The position numbers and the translations under genes are program-made. 38,795 bases of DNA from Parachlamydiales bacterium (GTDB lineage: Bacteria; Chlamydiota; Chlamydiia; Chlamydiales; Parachlamydiaceae): positions 1 through 38,795 of the forward strand of contig JAGVJP010000107.1 of NCBI GenBank assembly GCA_020051075.1, in the 5' to 3' direction. Below, one piece after another: positions 18,554 through 29,385 of this stretch; within the stretch, counting starts at the first letter, position 1; every line of letters starts with the position of its first letter. The notes below the pieces were generated by a model. The model did no database searches. It saw only the letters and a list, made by a program, of their open reading frames with translations, and was not told where the DNA came from.

Positions 18554-19314
18554 TGTGAGCGCTCCTGTGCCTCATCGGCCATTAACCAGTCGTACCCTTT
18601 ATTTTCTAACTCAAGAGCCAGGCTGGCGGGGCCGGATTGGACGATTTTGCCATCTAACATCACATGGACGAAATGAGGCCGGATATAATCGAGCAATCTC
18701 TGATAGTGGGTGATGAGGAGGAGGCCTACCTCAGGATTCATGAATTGGTTTACCCCATGTGCCACAATGCGCATCGCATCGATATCTAAACCGGAGTCGG
18801 TTTCATCGAGGAGGGCTAAGTCGGGGTGGAGGACGGCCATTTGCAAGATCTCATTTCGTTTTTTCTCTCCACCAGAAAAGTTTTCATTGACGTTGCGTGT
18901 TTTAAATTCTGGCCGCATCTCCATGAGGCTCATCTTCTGGTCGATGAGTTTATCGAATTCTTCGTCTGTAAATTCGCTTTGTCCATTAGCTTTGCGCTTG
19001 GCATTGAAGGCGATTTTGAGGAATTGTTCGTTGCTGACTCCAGGAATTTCGATGGGGTATTGAAAGCTCATGAATAATCCTGCATGGGCTCTCTCTTCTG
19101 GTTCAAGCTCAAGGAGGTTTTGTCCTTTGAACCAAACTTCACCTCCAATGATCTCATAGGAGGGGTGGCCAGCGAGAACTTTGGCAAGGGTCGATTTCCC
19201 TGCGCCATTGGGTCCCATAATCGCATGAATTTCGCCAGCTTTCACACAGAGATTGACTCCTTTCAAGATAGGGGAGCCATCGACGGAAGCATATAGGTCT
19301 ATAATTTCTAACAT
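18550..19314 (-). CDS. sufC: Fe-S cluster assembly ATPase SufC
   Basis: [43 protein letters not shown] 19314 has an AAAGGA RBS (ORF track starts at 19341). Confidence 0.97.
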   Translation of the reverse strand: MLEIIDLYASVDGSPILKGVNLCVKAGEIHAIMGPNGAGKSTLAKVLAGHPSYEIIGGEVWFKGQNLLELEPEERAHAGLFMSFQYPIEIPGVSNEQFLKIAFNAKRKANGQSEFTDEEFDKLIDQKMSLMEMRPEFKTRNVNENFSGGEKKRNEILQMAVLHPDLALLDETDSGLDIDAMRIVAHGVNQFMNPEVGLLLITHYQRLLDYIRPHFVHVMLDGKIVQSGPASLALELENKGYDWLMADEAQERSQ

Positions 19315-19333
19315 TGTTTGTCCTTTATCGTTT

Positions 19334-20779
19334 TTAACCAACCGAATGCTCCAATTTAATCGCTAACAATTTTTGAGCTTCAGCAGCAAATTCCAGCGGG
19401 AGCTCTTGGATGACATCTTTGCAAAAGCCGTTGACGATCATATTGACAGCACCTTCTCTTGGAAATCCGCGAGATTGGAGGTAAAATAGCTGTTCTTCAT
19501 TGAGTTTCGAAGTTGACGCTTCGTGCTCCACTTGGCTTGTCGCATTGCCAACTTCAATATAAGGGAAGGTATTGGCTGAGCAGCGGTCTCCAACAAGCAT
19601 CGAATCGCATTGCGTATAGTTACGTGCTCCTGTTGCTCGAGGGGCTATTTTGACGAGTCCGCGATAGCTGTTGTGAGAGACGTCGGCAGATATTCCTTTT
19701 GATATTATAGTGGAGCGGGTGTTTTTACCTAAATGGATCATTTTTGTTCCGGTGTCTGCTTGCATGTGGCCATTAGTCAGTGCAACAGAATAGAACTCTC
19801 CGACAGAATTATCCCCTTGTAGGATGCAGCTCGGATATTTCCAGGTAATCGCAGCGCCGACTTCAACTTGCGTCCAAGAGATCTTTGAATTGACACCGGC
19901 GCATCTTCCCCGCTTGGTGACAAAGTTATAGACCCCCCCTTTCCCTGTTTCTGGATCCCCAGCGTACCAATTTTGTACTGTGGCATATTTAATTTGAGCA
20001 TTGTCAAGCGCGATGAGTTCAACGACAGCAGCATGAAGCTGGTTGTTGCTATAAGCTGGCGCTGTGCATCCTTCTAGGTAGCTGACATAGGAGCCTTCTT
20101 CAGCGATAATAAGCGTACGTTCAAACTGACCCGATTCCTGATCATTGATTCTGAAATAGGTAGAGAGCTCCATCGGAGAGATCACTCCTTTTGGAATGTA
20201 GACGAAGGAGCCGTCGCTGAACACGGCAGAATTTAATGTAGCGAAGTAGTTGTCGCCAATAGGGACGACGCTGCCAAGATATTTTTTCACGAGATCAGCA
20301 TGAGTGTGCATCGCTTCTGAGATCGAGCATAAGATGACCCCAGCTTCATCGAGTTTTTTCTTGAATGTGGTTCCTATCGAGACTGAATCAAAAATCATAT
20401 CGACGGCGACGTTGCTCAGCCTTTTTTGCTCTTCAATCGGAATGCCTAAACGTTCGAAGGTCCGCAATACCTCTGGGTCAACTTCACTGAGATCGTTTAA
20501 GAGTGGCTTTTTCTTCGGCGCGGAGTAGTAAGTCATGTTTTGGTAGTCAATGGGTGGATAGCCGACGTTTGCCCATATTGGCTCTTCCGATTCCTTCCAT
20601 TTCTGATAGGCTTTCAAGCGAAACTCTAAGAGGTATTCAGGTTCATTCTTTTTCGCTGATAGCGCATAGATGGTCTCTTCATTCAATCCTTTTGGGAGCG
20701 TTTCAGTTTCAACTTCTGTGACAAAGCCATATTTGTAGTCTGAAGAGCTGCGGCTATAAGAGTCCGGTTCTCCTGTCAT
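19334..20779 (-). CDS. sufB: Fe-S cluster assembly protein SufB
   Basis: [50 protein letters not shown]. Confidence 0.97.
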   Translation of the reverse strand: MTGEPDSYSRSSSDYKYGFVTEVETETLPKGLNEETIYALSAKKNEPEYLLEFRLKAYQKWKESEEPIWANVGYPPIDYQNMTYYSAPKKKPLLNDLSEVDPEVLRTFERLGIPIEEQKRLSNVAVDMIFDSVSIGTTFKKKLDEAGVILCSISEAMHTHADLVKKYLGSVVPIGDNYFATLNSAVFSDGSFVYIPKGVISPMELSTYFRINDQESGQFERTLIIAEEGSYVSYLEGCTAPAYSNNQLHAAVVELIALDNAQIKYATVQNWYAGDPETGKGGVYNFVTKRGRCAGVNSKISWTQVEVGAAITWKYPSCILQGDNSVGEFYSVALTNGHMQADTGTKMIHLGKNTRSTIISKGISADVSHNSYRGLVKIAPRATGARNYTQCDSMLVGDRCSANTFPYIEVGNATSQVEHEASTSKLNEEQLFYLQSRGFPREGAVNMIVNGFCKDVIQELPLEFAAEAQKLLAIKLEHSVG

Positions 20780-20812
20780 AAAATGCCTTAAATAAAATGG
20801 TAATTTTGTAAA

Positions 20813-20841
20813 ATGATAACTAATTTAAGAAACTATGTCAA
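20813..20841 (-). promoter_or_regulatory. Promoter of sufBCDS
   Basis: Minus strand TTGACA (20841-20836)-N17-TATCAT (20818-20813), ~35 bp before the sufB start. Confidence 0.7.
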
Positions 20842-20904
20842 TTTATACAAGCGTCTGATGTCAAATCTCTAAAAACTCGCTGATTCTTTTAATAAAATTT
20901 CCCC

Positions 20905-21128
20905 TCATCCTTCCCATCCCGTCATTTCTACAGATTTGAACCAACCTCACCTCTAACATGATTGACAGGATGGGAAGGTGAAACAGGATAGGCAGGATCG
21001 CAAGCGGCAGGATAAGCAAGATAGTGAGTGATGATAAGATAAAGATAGATTTTTCTTTATTTATCCTGTTTATCCTGCCGCTTGCGATCCTGCCTATCCT
21101 GATTTGTCCCTTTTGCTTATCCTGTTTT
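20905..21128. repeat. CAGGAT-family composite palindromic repeat, copy 2
   Basis: Arms 20984-21023 and 21062-21101 match 38/40 as an inverted repeat; second stem 20909-20924 vs 20963-20978 (15/16). Confidence 0.88.
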
Positions 21129-21161
21129 CTTTAAGGTTACAAGACAATTATGTGACAGTTT

Positions 21162-22025
21162 CTACAGGTTAAACATTTTCACAGCAGCGTATTTTAGAAG
21201 AGAGTAGAGGAGGTAGGGCGATTTTAACCGATAGTGTAGGCGAACTTCGTTTTTTGCCGATAAGGTCCTCAAAGTGAGGGGAACTTGCGAACGGTTTTTT
21301 TGCCATCCACGGCAATGATAGGCGATTAATTTGGGATTGAAGAGCAGTTTCCATCCCCGTTTTCTCAGGCGAAGTGAGAGATCAATGTCCTCTTTATACA
21401 TGAAGAATGTTGGATCCATCACTGTAGAAGGAGCTAATTCAGTTTCGCGTAGTGCTTCTAGTCTGCATAACATCAAAGCTCCGCATAGGGCTGGGACGTA
21501 TTGTTCATCAAGCGCCATTGCTGGATCATAGAGATCGCCTTGGTTGCGGTCAGCCCATTTTCCAAACCAATTTTGGAAGATACCTGTAGAATCTATCTTC
21601 CCGCTTGGCTGGTCTTTGGAGAGGTCATACCCTAACAGAAGTCCTGAGAGTGCTCCAATCTTTGCTTGTTCGGGTTTTTGCATGAGGGCGATGGCGTGTT
21701 CGAGGAATTGCGGAGATAAAAAAGTGTCTGGGTTCAAGAAGAGGACAAATGAAGCAAGTTGAGGGTCTACAAAAGAGAACCCGATGTTATTGCCGGCACA
21801 GAACCCGATGTTTTTTTTTGCGAGATGGAGGGTGATCAAGGGATCAATTGCATAGGATTTTAAATAAGCGGTGTCGTTAGAGCCGCTATCGATGATGATG
21901 ATTTGCGAAGGGGGCCGGGTTTGATCTCTGATCCCCTTCAGCGATTTCTCAATACATTGTTGGCTATTATGCGTGACAATGATGATGGCGCAAGGCATTG
22001 GCGAGGCGTCGTTGTTGTCGTTCAT
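21162..22025 (-). CDS. Glycosyltransferase family 2
   Basis: IIIVTHN, IIDSGSND, NIGFCAGNN, LFLNPD, FFMYKEDIDL. Confidence 0.92.
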   Translation of the reverse strand: MNDNNDASPMPCAIIIVTHNSQQCIEKSLKGIRDQTRPPSQIIIIDSGSNDTAYLKSYAIDPLITLHLAKKNIGFCAGNNIGFSFVDPQLASFVLFLNPDTFLSPQFLEHAIALMQKPEQAKIGALSGLLLGYDLSKDQPSGKIDSTGIFQNWFGKWADRNQGDLYDPAMALDEQYVPALCGALMLCRLEALRETELAPSTVMDPTFFMYKEDIDLSLRLRKRGWKLLFNPKLIAYHCRGWQKNRSQVPLTLRTLSAKNEVRLHYRLKSPYLLYSLLKYAAVKMFNL

Positions 22026-24952
22026 TATTCAGGAGACACCACAAAGCAAAAATGATCATCAGGTTGATATTTCATCAACCAAGCGTAATGGCTGAGTTCT
22101 TCGGAGGTTTCAGATCGTAGCGTCACAGCTGCACAGGGGAACAATTTGAATAGTGCTTCTGCTTCGCTGCTGCATGCTCCTGCTGAGCTGACAATGAAAA
22201 TATCATCGTATTCGCTTCGATAACGGTCGATGAGGGAATGGAAAAGAGCTGTAGAAATCAGCTCCGCGAGATAGGGGACAGTCCCTCCCGATGGAATCAC
22301 ATCCCCTGTGTCGGTTTTGATCAGGATTGGAGAGGGTATTTTTCTTTCGAGATATTGGAATAATCCAAGGTCAGTCGAGTGAGTATTTGGAGAAAATAAA
22401 TCAATAATGAGGACTCGCCTTCCTTTTAGGATAAAAAACTTTGCTAATTCATTCACGTAGTGCGGGCCAACCCCTTCGATAATCAGAAAAGGTTTTCCAC
22501 TCGAACGATAAGCTTTTGTTGCATGCTCAAAAAAGCTTTGTAAGCGGCGCAATGTCTCCATATTTGACGGGGCGAGCTGCCTCTCTTCATCGATATAGAG
22601 GGAAGGGGTGAGGGTGCCAGCGACGGGATATCCCATGAGTTTTAGGCTATTGACGCTCACAGGGATGCCTTTGGCTATGCTGGAACCAATGGACACACCG
22701 GCACCAATAAACCCTCCGAGGATGAGACCGATAAAACTCCAAAGAAAGAATTTTGTTTGGATGGGATACAGAGGGGGGAGAGCTTTGTCTAAGGGAGAAG
22801 ATTGGATCACTTCAAGCTTATGAGCGATTGTTTTTGTTTCAACGAGGCGGGCAATCTCTTCGACGATCAAGTGATTGATCTCAACTTCTTGTTCAATGAG
22901 TTGTTGAGACACCCATTTCTTTGGTAAAGCAGCCAATTCGGTAGAAATATTTTGTAAGTGCTTGGCGATGAGCACCCGTTCTTGGTCGAGGTCTTCTAAA
23001 CGGGATTTCACATAGTCCTGCAGATTTTTTTCGAGGAGGGACACCTGTTGATTGATCAACTCTAAACTCACATTTTGCAAGGCAAAAACTTTCTCTTCAT
23101 AGAGTTCTTTATTTAACTTCATCAGATGAATCATCTGCTCAAGATGGAGTTTTAAAAATGTCCGCTGGAGATCGAGTTCTTCTTGAATCCGCTCTTGTTC
23201 TCGTGAGCTCTGGTTGTTATGGTCCCGCAAATTCAACACGAGTATGCTGGCCTTACGAATCATCTCTCTACTGACAGGGTCGTCAAGTCCTGCACTTAAG
23301 GAGGTAATTTCAAAATTAGGATCTTCCATTTGGTGGATGAAAAAAGAATTTTGTCTTACATTTCCCTCTATTTCAACAAGTTTTCTTGAATAGTCTAAAT
23401 AGAGGGTTGTGGCAACATCTAGCGATATCCCCTTGTATTCCTCAGTCGGATTTTGCTGATGGACGACGCGTTCTTGCAATATCCGTTGATACACCCCTAA
23501 CAGCCTCTCAAGGTTGGTTAAATAGGACTGAAAGTTCTGTTTGATATGTTCATCCTGGTTGATCTCCCCTGATTGAATCCGATCAATCCAACCCTTAAGG
23601 AGAAATCGAGGGTCATTGAAAATGGCTAGGGTGATGTCAGGCAGATTTCCATCAAGATAAGTTTGTTTGATCGCATTCAATTGACTGATGTATTGCTGAA
23701 TTTGGTTCAATTCATCTAATTGTTTGATAAACGCTTGTTGGATATCAAAGTCTCGAGAAGACATTTTCTTTTGAACTTCGATTTCTAGGGTGTCGCGGTT
23801 TTGTTTATGGCTGCGAATTTGTCCAAGAATGTCGTTGATGATTGCAGCATTGCTTTGATCACCATAAAACGTGAGATGAGATGGATTGAAATTTTCAAGC
23901 CGTTTTATTTCTAATTCGTTTGCAAGGAGTTGTGATTTATAGTCGTGCTGACTTTTTGCGAGGAATTCCATCTCTTTGTCCGTATCGAAGAAGCCTGCTC
24001 CGCAGAGATCATTGGATAGAAAATTGGCATGGTCGTTCATTGCCAGATTCAGCTCTTGGGTGAGTTGATCTTTGCGCAAGGATAAATAGTCGAGTTGTTT
24101 ATTTGAGATGTCATTATGGTATCTGATCAAGTGCTTATGAAAAGTCTTCATCACGACATTCAAAATCTCACTAGCTTGGTGCCGATTGCGGTGTTCAAAT
24201 TTCAGTTCAAGCAGGTTCTTATCGTCATTAGATTCTTTAATTGAAATTGATTTCGATAGACTTTTTGCTGTTTCTGCAAGAGAATTTACCCCAAAAATGA
24301 AACTCTGCGGTTTTAATAAAGTCTTGGTATCGGTTGGAATGAGGGTGAAGGAAAATTCTTCAATGGCAAAAGGTTGGCCTAGAACACCTTCTCCAACAAG
24401 TTCTTGTGATTTCAGAAGATCGATAACTTGGAATTTTCCATTCTCTTGGAGGTTGATTTTATAAGCTAGCGGCAACTCACCTGGGTAGTTTAAAGCATCT
24501 ATTTTGAGCGGACAGCACAAGTCGGGTAATGACGGCTTGGGTTTATTCATCAGAGAAGCCCAAACAACCTTAAGGTTATTCTTGATATTTCTTAGAGGGG
24601 TATCTATATCAGCAAGAGCAACAAGATTCCCCTGCAGATGCAGCTCTTCGATGAATTCCTGCATGAGCTTGCGGGAATGGATCATCGTCATCGCCTCATT
24701 TTCTCCTGCAGACCCGCCGCTCGATAAGAGTTGGAGCACAGAAGTGGAGATATTGCTTGGCTTGATGCTTTTCTCTCTAAAAGTTCCCTCAGCCTTATAT
24801 AGTATGGGTTTATTGAGCGAGAAAAAAGCAAAGAGCAATCCCATCACGACAGCGCAGAGGATAATTTTTTTCTTTGACCGTCGCAGTAGAGACAGAATAT
24901 CTGAGAGAGTGATCAGGAATTGGTCATCTTCACGTTTGTTTTTGTGTTCCAT
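22025..24952 (-). CDS. Wzc-like polysaccharide co-polymerase with a long coiled-coil and degenerate kinase domain
   Basis: Wzz-like N-terminal TM (ITLSDIL..KKKIILCAVVMGLL), long helical region, Pro-rich motif plus second TM (GLILGGFIG), C-terminal remnant BY-kinase (RVLIIDL, YDDIFIVS); downstream of the wza-like gene. Confidence 0.75.
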   Translation of the reverse strand: MEHKNKREDDQFLITLSDILSLLRRSKKKIILCAVVMGLLFAFFSLNKPILYKAEGTFREKSIKPSNISTSVLQLLSSGGSAGENEAMTMIHSRKLMQEFIEELHLQGNLVALADIDTPLRNIKNNLKVVWASLMNKPKPSLPDLCCPLKIDALNYPGELPLAYKINLQENGKFQVIDLLKSQELVGEGVLGQPFAIEEFSFTLIPTDTKTLLKPQSFIFGVNSLAETAKSLSKSISIKESNDDKNLLELKFEHRNRHQASEILNVVMKTFHKHLIRYHNDISNKQLDYLSLRKDQLTQELNLAMNDHANFLSNDLCGAGFFDTDKEMEFLAKSQHDYKSQLLANELEIKRLENFNPSHLTFYGDQSNAAIINDILGQIRSHKQNRDTLEIEVQKKMSSRDFDIQQAFIKQLDELNQIQQYISQLNAIKQTYLDGNLPDITLAIFNDPRFLLKGWIDRIQSGEINQDEHIKQNFQSYLTNLERLLGVYQRILQERVVHQQNPTEEYKGISLDVATTLYLDYSRKLVEIEGNVRQNSFFIHQMEDPNFEITSLSAGLDDPVSREMIRKASILVLNLRDHNNQSSREQERIQEELDLQRTFLKLHLEQMIHLMKLNKELYEEKVFALQNVSLELINQQVSLLEKNLQDYVKSRLEDLDQERVLIAKHLQNISTELAALPKKWVSQQLIEQEVEINHLIVEEIARLVETKTIAHKLEVIQSSPLDKALPPLYPIQTKFFLWSFIGLILGGFIGAGVSIGSSIAKGIPVSVNSLKLMGYPVAGTLTPSLYIDEERQLAPSNMETLRRLQSFFEHATKAYRSSGKPFLIIEGVGPHYVNELAKFFILKGRRVLIIDLFSPNTHSTDLGLFQYLERKIPSPILIKTDTGDVIPSGGTVPYLAELISTALFHSLIDRYRSEYDDIFIVSSAGACSSEAEALFKLFPCAAVTLRSETSEELSHYAWLMKYQPDDHFCFVVSPE

Positions 24953-24977
24953 CGTTAGTAATACCTAGTTGAAAACG

Positions 24978-26036
24978 TTAGTCTGCAAAGATACGGTATG
25001 CTCCATAAGCAGTTTGGAAGCCTATGCAACTTGGAAGGAGCTGGTCGATAAAGCGATTCCATTGCGTAATCGGTTTTTCAGAGACGTAGACGGTATCTCC
25101 AGGCATCAGCAATAAGCTATCGTTGGGCAGGTGGATGATATGGTCCCATGAAAGGACATAGATTTTTGGATTTTGTAAGTTGCCTCTGATCACTTGAATG
25201 CAGTCGCGGTTGCCTGTGAAAGGGATGCCGCCTGCCGAGACAAGTGCTTCTCGCAATGACATAAAGCCATAAGGGAGGTTGACAGCTCGCGGACTTCCCA
25301 CCTCTCCCATTAGCGTGACAGTTGTATCGCTTGGGTTGGCGATGAAAATGCGATCTCCTCCGCGCATGACAATGTTTTGCGACATATCGCCTTGAACCAT
25401 CAATTTATACAGGTCTATGGGGAGCTGCTCGCCGCATCGAACAACATAGCTCTTAAAGAAATTGGCATTGTTTGGCACTTGTGCGACGGCTAATATTTCA
25501 TAGAGGCGGATTTTACCGTCGACAGGAATCACAGGGACACCCACAGCTCCTGTCAATTCCACTTTTCGAGATAACCGATCGCGGTAGCTGAGGAAGACTT
25601 CAATGTCTTGAATCTGCTCTTGATAGAAGTCTTGGATTTTTTGTCGTGCTTGTTCTAGGGAAAGGCCGATGACTTTGACAGGAGGGATATCGGGGAATTC
25701 TACTTGACCGTTGCTGACTCGGAAACCTACAGATTTGTTGACAAACTGGATAGCCTCCATAATGTCTTGTCTTTTGGGGTGGTAGACGACGATATTGAGG
25801 ATGTCATCTTCGGCGATCACATCCGGATACTCCTGCATCATGTCACAGGAGAGTTCTCCTAAATCATGCCCTTCCATTTCTAAAATCGATAGTTTGCCTT
25901 GGCGGATCTTGTATGAGTCGATGACAAATTCATCTGCACCAAACACATCATATTTATGACACGAATTGCAGCAGGAGTTTAGCACCATGGCGAGGAGAGA
26001 ACAAAAGAAAAGGGAAAGCAATTTTTTGCAAAACAA
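24978..26036 (-). CDS. Polysaccharide export lipoprotein (Wza/Poly_export + SLBB)
   Basis: Signal with LNSC, DILNIVV, GQVEFPDI..GLSL, GDRIFI, VTLMGEV, LMPGDTVYV, WNRFIDQLLP (Wza C-terminal helix). Confidence 0.88.
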   Translation of the reverse strand: MFCKKLLSLFFCSLLAMVLNSCCNSCHKYDVFGADEFVIDSYKIRQGKLSILEMEGHDLGELSCDMMQEYPDVIAEDDILNIVVYHPKRQDIMEAIQFVNKSVGFRVSNGQVEFPDIPPVKVIGLSLEQARQKIQDFYQEQIQDIEVFLSYRDRLSRKVELTGAVGVPVIPVDGKIRLYEILAVAQVPNNANFFKSYVVRCGEQLPIDLYKLMVQGDMSQNIVMRGGDRIFIANPSDTTVTLMGEVGSPRAVNLPYGFMSLREALVSAGGIPFTGNRDCIQVIRGNLQNPKIYVLSWDHIIHLPNDSLLLMPGDTVYVSEKPITQWNRFIDQLLPSCIGFQTAYGAYRIFAD

Positions 26037-26288
26037 GATGCAACCTACCTAGAACAAAGATATTTATCTGACCAAAGGTTTTAACCTATTCTAGATTAAA
26101 TCGAAAGGTTTTTTCGCTTATCACATCGTATCCCAGCATTTATGAGTAAAAGAATAAAAATTAAAAAGAAAAGTTATTCTTTACACATCAAAGGGACTTA
26201 AGGGTAAGTGACAAGGGACCTCAAGAGGTAATTGCGGACGTCGTCTCTCATATCAAAAAATAACGCTGTCTAAAGTCTTTTCCCAACA

Positions 26289-26389
26289 ATCTTTCCTATC
26301 CTCCCCATCTTGTAAAATTGACAGGATAGGAAAGATGGGGCAAGATAGGGCAAGATAGTGTGTTACTCAGAATTGCGGAAGTCCTCTTC
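26289..26389. repeat. CAGGAT-family repeat, copy 3
   Basis: ATCTTTCCTATCCT/AGGATAGGAAAGAT perfect 14 bp IR, tandem CAAGATAG units, tail CTCAGAATTGCGGAAGTCCTCTTC shared with 38476-38499 (21/24). Confidence 0.7.
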
Positions 26390-26497
26390 TTCTTTTTGAA
26401 AAGATTTGTAAGTTCCTTTTCCTAATGTTTTACGTTGCAAAAATTGAAGGAAAGCAGGATTCTTGTTGAAATTCAAGACACCATTTTCACATCACCT

Positions 26498-27853
26498 ATG
26501 CGATTTTTTGAACACAAATTAGCTTTAATCCTCCTCGTCATTGCGAGTCCTCTTCTTTTCTTACCCAAGATTAACCTCATCAATGTTGGGAGCGAAACCG
26601 CTGGCTTGCGTATTGACGATTTAGTGTTGCTGATCATCGGTACTTGTCTGATGTTATCGCATGCTCTATCGCATAAGAAACTCTATAAAATCGAAGGGTG
26701 GATCCTCGCTCTGACAACAGTTTCCCTATTTTCTTTTTTTTCTAATTACTGGCTTGTGTCTCTAGACATCTTGCCGCTTAATGCCAAAATATTTTACGCT
26801 GTCAGGCTCCTTGAGTATTTCATCTTCTTCTATATCGGCGGTTTAGTCTATCAATACTTCGATGGCCCTCTATTTATCCGTGCTTTTTTCATTTGGAATT
26901 TTTTGTTGATGGCCCTGCAAAAAATGGGGTTAGCAGGAGCTCTAACAGTAGAGGGGTATAGCTCTAACGTCTCTGAGAGGGTTCAAGGAGTCGCTTCTTT
27001 CCCATCTGAAATGGGACTTCTACTGAACCTTCTGTTTTGTTGGATGATTTATGACGACGACAACCGTTCCCGTTTTGTCAACCTTTTTGCTTCTCCCCTT
27101 GTCAGAAGCTTCTTGAATAAGTCATACCTCTATTTGATGTTTGTGATATTTGGCGTTTTCATCGTATTTACAGGGAATCGCATCTCTATTTTAGCTTTGC
27201 TTTTTTGCTTCGTTTTCCGCCTTAAAAAAGAATTCAGCTTTCGCTGTGTCAGCTCTCTCTTTTTGCTGTCGATGATTGTGCCTGTTGTTTTGACAGGGAT
27301 TATTCTCTTGATCTCCAAGACGGCGTCGGTCTATGAACGAAGCTCAGGACTTTTTTCATTCCGAAATTTTCAGCTTATTGCTGTTGTTTGGGATAATATT
27401 GATATGGAGAAAGACCCTGTTGAAAATCAATCAATTGATTCCGCGCGATACGACATCAGCTGGTGGCTTCGGATTCATAAATGGATTTATGTGATGAAAT
27501 CCTACGCTTATCACCCAATATGCTATCTCCAAGGGTTGGGCCCAGGCTATGCATGGACGGCTCTTGATGGAGGATGGCTTCGGATCTTTGTCGAATATGG
27601 AATCGTTGGTGCGATCTTATATTTTAAGTTCTTCTTATCGATCTATAGGATTAATCCACAGACGAAATGGATGATGATCGCTTTTGGCATCAACATGATC
27701 TTCTTCGACGCCTACTTGGCCTATAAAACGATGAGCTTCCTCTTACTTACTTCAGGATATGCTTTTGAGAAAAAACTTCGCTCTCTTCCAGCCCCTGATG
27801 AAATGGCGAAACTTGAAATCCCTTTAGGATCAAGCAGGCGATTTGCAATTTAA
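26498..27853 (+). CDS. Multi-TM Wzy/WaaL-like polysaccharide polymerase or ligase
   Basis: About 11-12 hydrophobic segments; RIDD, ERVQG..FPSE, TGNR, SWWLR, GLGPG, DGGWLRIFVEYGIVG, typical of the O-antigen polymerase/ligase clan; polysaccharide-locus context. Confidence 0.68.
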   Translation: MRFFEHKLALILLVIASPLLFLPKINLINVGSETAGLRIDDLVLLIIGTCLMLSHALSHKKLYKIEGWILALTTVSLFSFFSNYWLVSLDILPLNAKIFYAVRLLEYFIFFYIGGLVYQYFDGPLFIRAFFIWNFLLMALQKMGLAGALTVEGYSSNVSERVQGVASFPSEMGLLLNLLFCWMIYDDDNRSRFVNLFASPLVRSFLNKSYLYLMFVIFGVFIVFTGNRISILALLFCFVFRLKKEFSFRCVSSLFLLSMIVPVVLTGIILLISKTASVYERSSGLFSFRNFQLIAVVWDNIDMEKDPVENQSIDSARYDISWWLRIHKWIYVMKSYAYHPICYLQGLGPGYAWTALDGGWLRIFVEYGIVGAILYFKFFLSIYRINPQTKWMMIAFGINMIFFDAYLAYKTMSFLLLTSGYAFEKKLRSLPAPDEMAKLEIPLGSSRRFAI

Positions 27854-27861
27854 GCGGTCGC

Positions 27862-28068
27862 AAGATGTGAGAATGCAAACATCTGTGAGTGCGGAGTGGT
27901 CGTCAGCTTCTATTAAACGCAAAGTCGCAAAGACGCAAAGGATCGAATTGAGATAAAAAATGAAAATTAAAGATGAAAAAACGATGAAAGAATTCTCTTC
28001 TTTGCGTCTTCGTGCCTTTGCGTCTTTGCGTTTAATAGAAGTTAAGGACCATTCTGAACTTAAAGACG
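27862..28068. repeat. CGCAAAG-family palindromic repeat, copy 1
   Basis: Left arm ~27880-27940 (CTTCTATTAAACGCAAAGTCGCAAAGACGCAAAG) is inverted to right arm ~28000-28068 (CTTTGCGTCTTTGCGTTTAATAGAAG); lies between convergent genes. Confidence 0.85.
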
Positions 28069-28098
28069 TAGTAGTGAAGTTAAGGAGAGAGGGAATTG

Positions 28099-29379
28099 TT
28101 ATGCTGGCAGCTGCCAACGGTTTCCTAAACTAATTCCGTCTTTTTGCCCTCCCCGCTCTTTTTTAATTTTGTCGTTTTCTGAATAGACGGCGAACTTGAG
28201 GAATACCTCATCGGAGAGGATTTTCTTTGTGTTTAGAAGGGAGCAGTCAAGCCTAATTTGATATTCTCCTGGGTGAAAGAGCTCTAAATCGAGTTCAAAG
28301 GCAAGATTGTGCTGTCCTTGGATCAAAGAGAGGTCTTGATATTCTTCTTTATCGCATAGGCGGGTACGGGCGATTGTTTGATTATTAGAATTGAGTATGC
28401 TAAAGCCTATGATGATATCAGCATGGGGTTTGACAATTTCAGCTCCAATATTCAACACCGTTTTTTCACCTTGGGTAAAGTAGCTGGCATCAGAGACGGG
28501 CTTTTTCAGCTTTGCATGATAGAAACGAACATGTTCATCACCGGCATCGCCTTCCCAGTGGAGTCCAGCCGTTGGGCAGCTTCTGACATATCGGCTGACA
28601 CACTCTTTGATTGGTTCGTGGGAGACCATCCGCCCTTTCTCTAAGAAAAGCCCTGTTGTACAAAGCGATAAGACAGAGTTGATGCTGTGGCTGACAAAAA
28701 TGACTGTGCTTCCTTGGTCGCCCATCTCATTGATCTTGTTGACACATTTTTCCTGAAATTGCATATCCCCGACTGCAAGAACCTCATCGATGATCAGCAG
28801 CTCAGTATGTAGATGGGCTGCAATCGCAAAACCTAGTCTCATATACATGCCTGAGGAGTAGCGCTTGATCGGAGTGTCAAGGAATTTTTCCACATCGGCA
28901 AATGCAACGATTTCATCGAATTTCTTTTTAATTTCTTCATAGGACATGCCCATGACCGCTCCATTGAGGAAAATGTTTTCACGGCCAGTCAATTCTGGGT
29001 GAAATCCTGTGCCAACTTCGAGAAGGCAGGCAATCCGGCCTCTGATTTGAATAGACCCAGAAGTGGGGTCAGTGATGCGAGAAAGGAGCTTAAGGAGTGT
29101 CGACTTCCCTGCCCCGTTTCTTCCTAGGATAGCAAGGCGATCACCTTCTTGAATATCAAAGGAGAGGTCTTGTAAAGCCCAAAAATCTTCTGTCGTCTGT
29201 TGCGATTGTTTTGGATTGTGCTTAAAAGGGTGTTGGAGCCGTTGTAGGAATCTTCTTCCGTAATTCGTCAGATTCTCCTTTAAGGAGCCATGAACGTCGG
29301 CTCCTTGATGGCTGATGGAATATTTTTTTGAGAGATTTTTAACTTTAACGATCGGCGGCATAGTTGACCAATTCTTCAA
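28099..29379 (-). CDS. wzt: Polysaccharide ABC exporter ATP-binding subunit (Wzt) with C-terminal Wzt_C-like domain
   Basis: FWALQDLSF, GRNGAGKST, EVGTGFHPELTGREN, YSSGMYMRLGF, IDEVLAVGD, plus a ~170 aa C-terminal extension; alternative ATG at 29361. Confidence 0.92.
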   Translation of the reverse strand: MKNWSTMPPIVKVKNLSKKYSISHQGADVHGSLKENLTNYGRRFLQRLQHPFKHNPKQSQQTTEDFWALQDLSFDIQEGDRLAILGRNGAGKSTLLKLLSRITDPTSGSIQIRGRIACLLEVGTGFHPELTGRENIFLNGAVMGMSYEEIKKKFDEIVAFADVEKFLDTPIKRYSSGMYMRLGFAIAAHLHTELLIIDEVLAVGDMQFQEKCVNKINEMGDQGSTVIFVSHSINSVLSLCTTGLFLEKGRMVSHEPIKECVSRYVRSCPTAGLHWEGDAGDEHVRFYHAKLKKPVSDASYFTQGEKTVLNIGAEIVKPHADIIIGFSILNSNNQTIARTRLCDKEEYQDLSLIQGQHNLAFELDLELFHPGEYQIRLDCSLLNTKKILSDEVFLKFAVYSENDKIKKERGGQKDGISLGNRWQLPA

Positions 29380-29385
29380 CAGTGT

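Noticed and set aside
16014..20779. suf operon lacking sufA/sufE/sufU
   Set aside because: A bare sufBCDS arrangement is ordinary; the accessory genes are often encoded elsewhere.
27830..28117. 95 aa minus-strand ORF
   Set aside because: Runs across the palindromic repeat; the RKDAKARRRK stretch is just the repeat translated.
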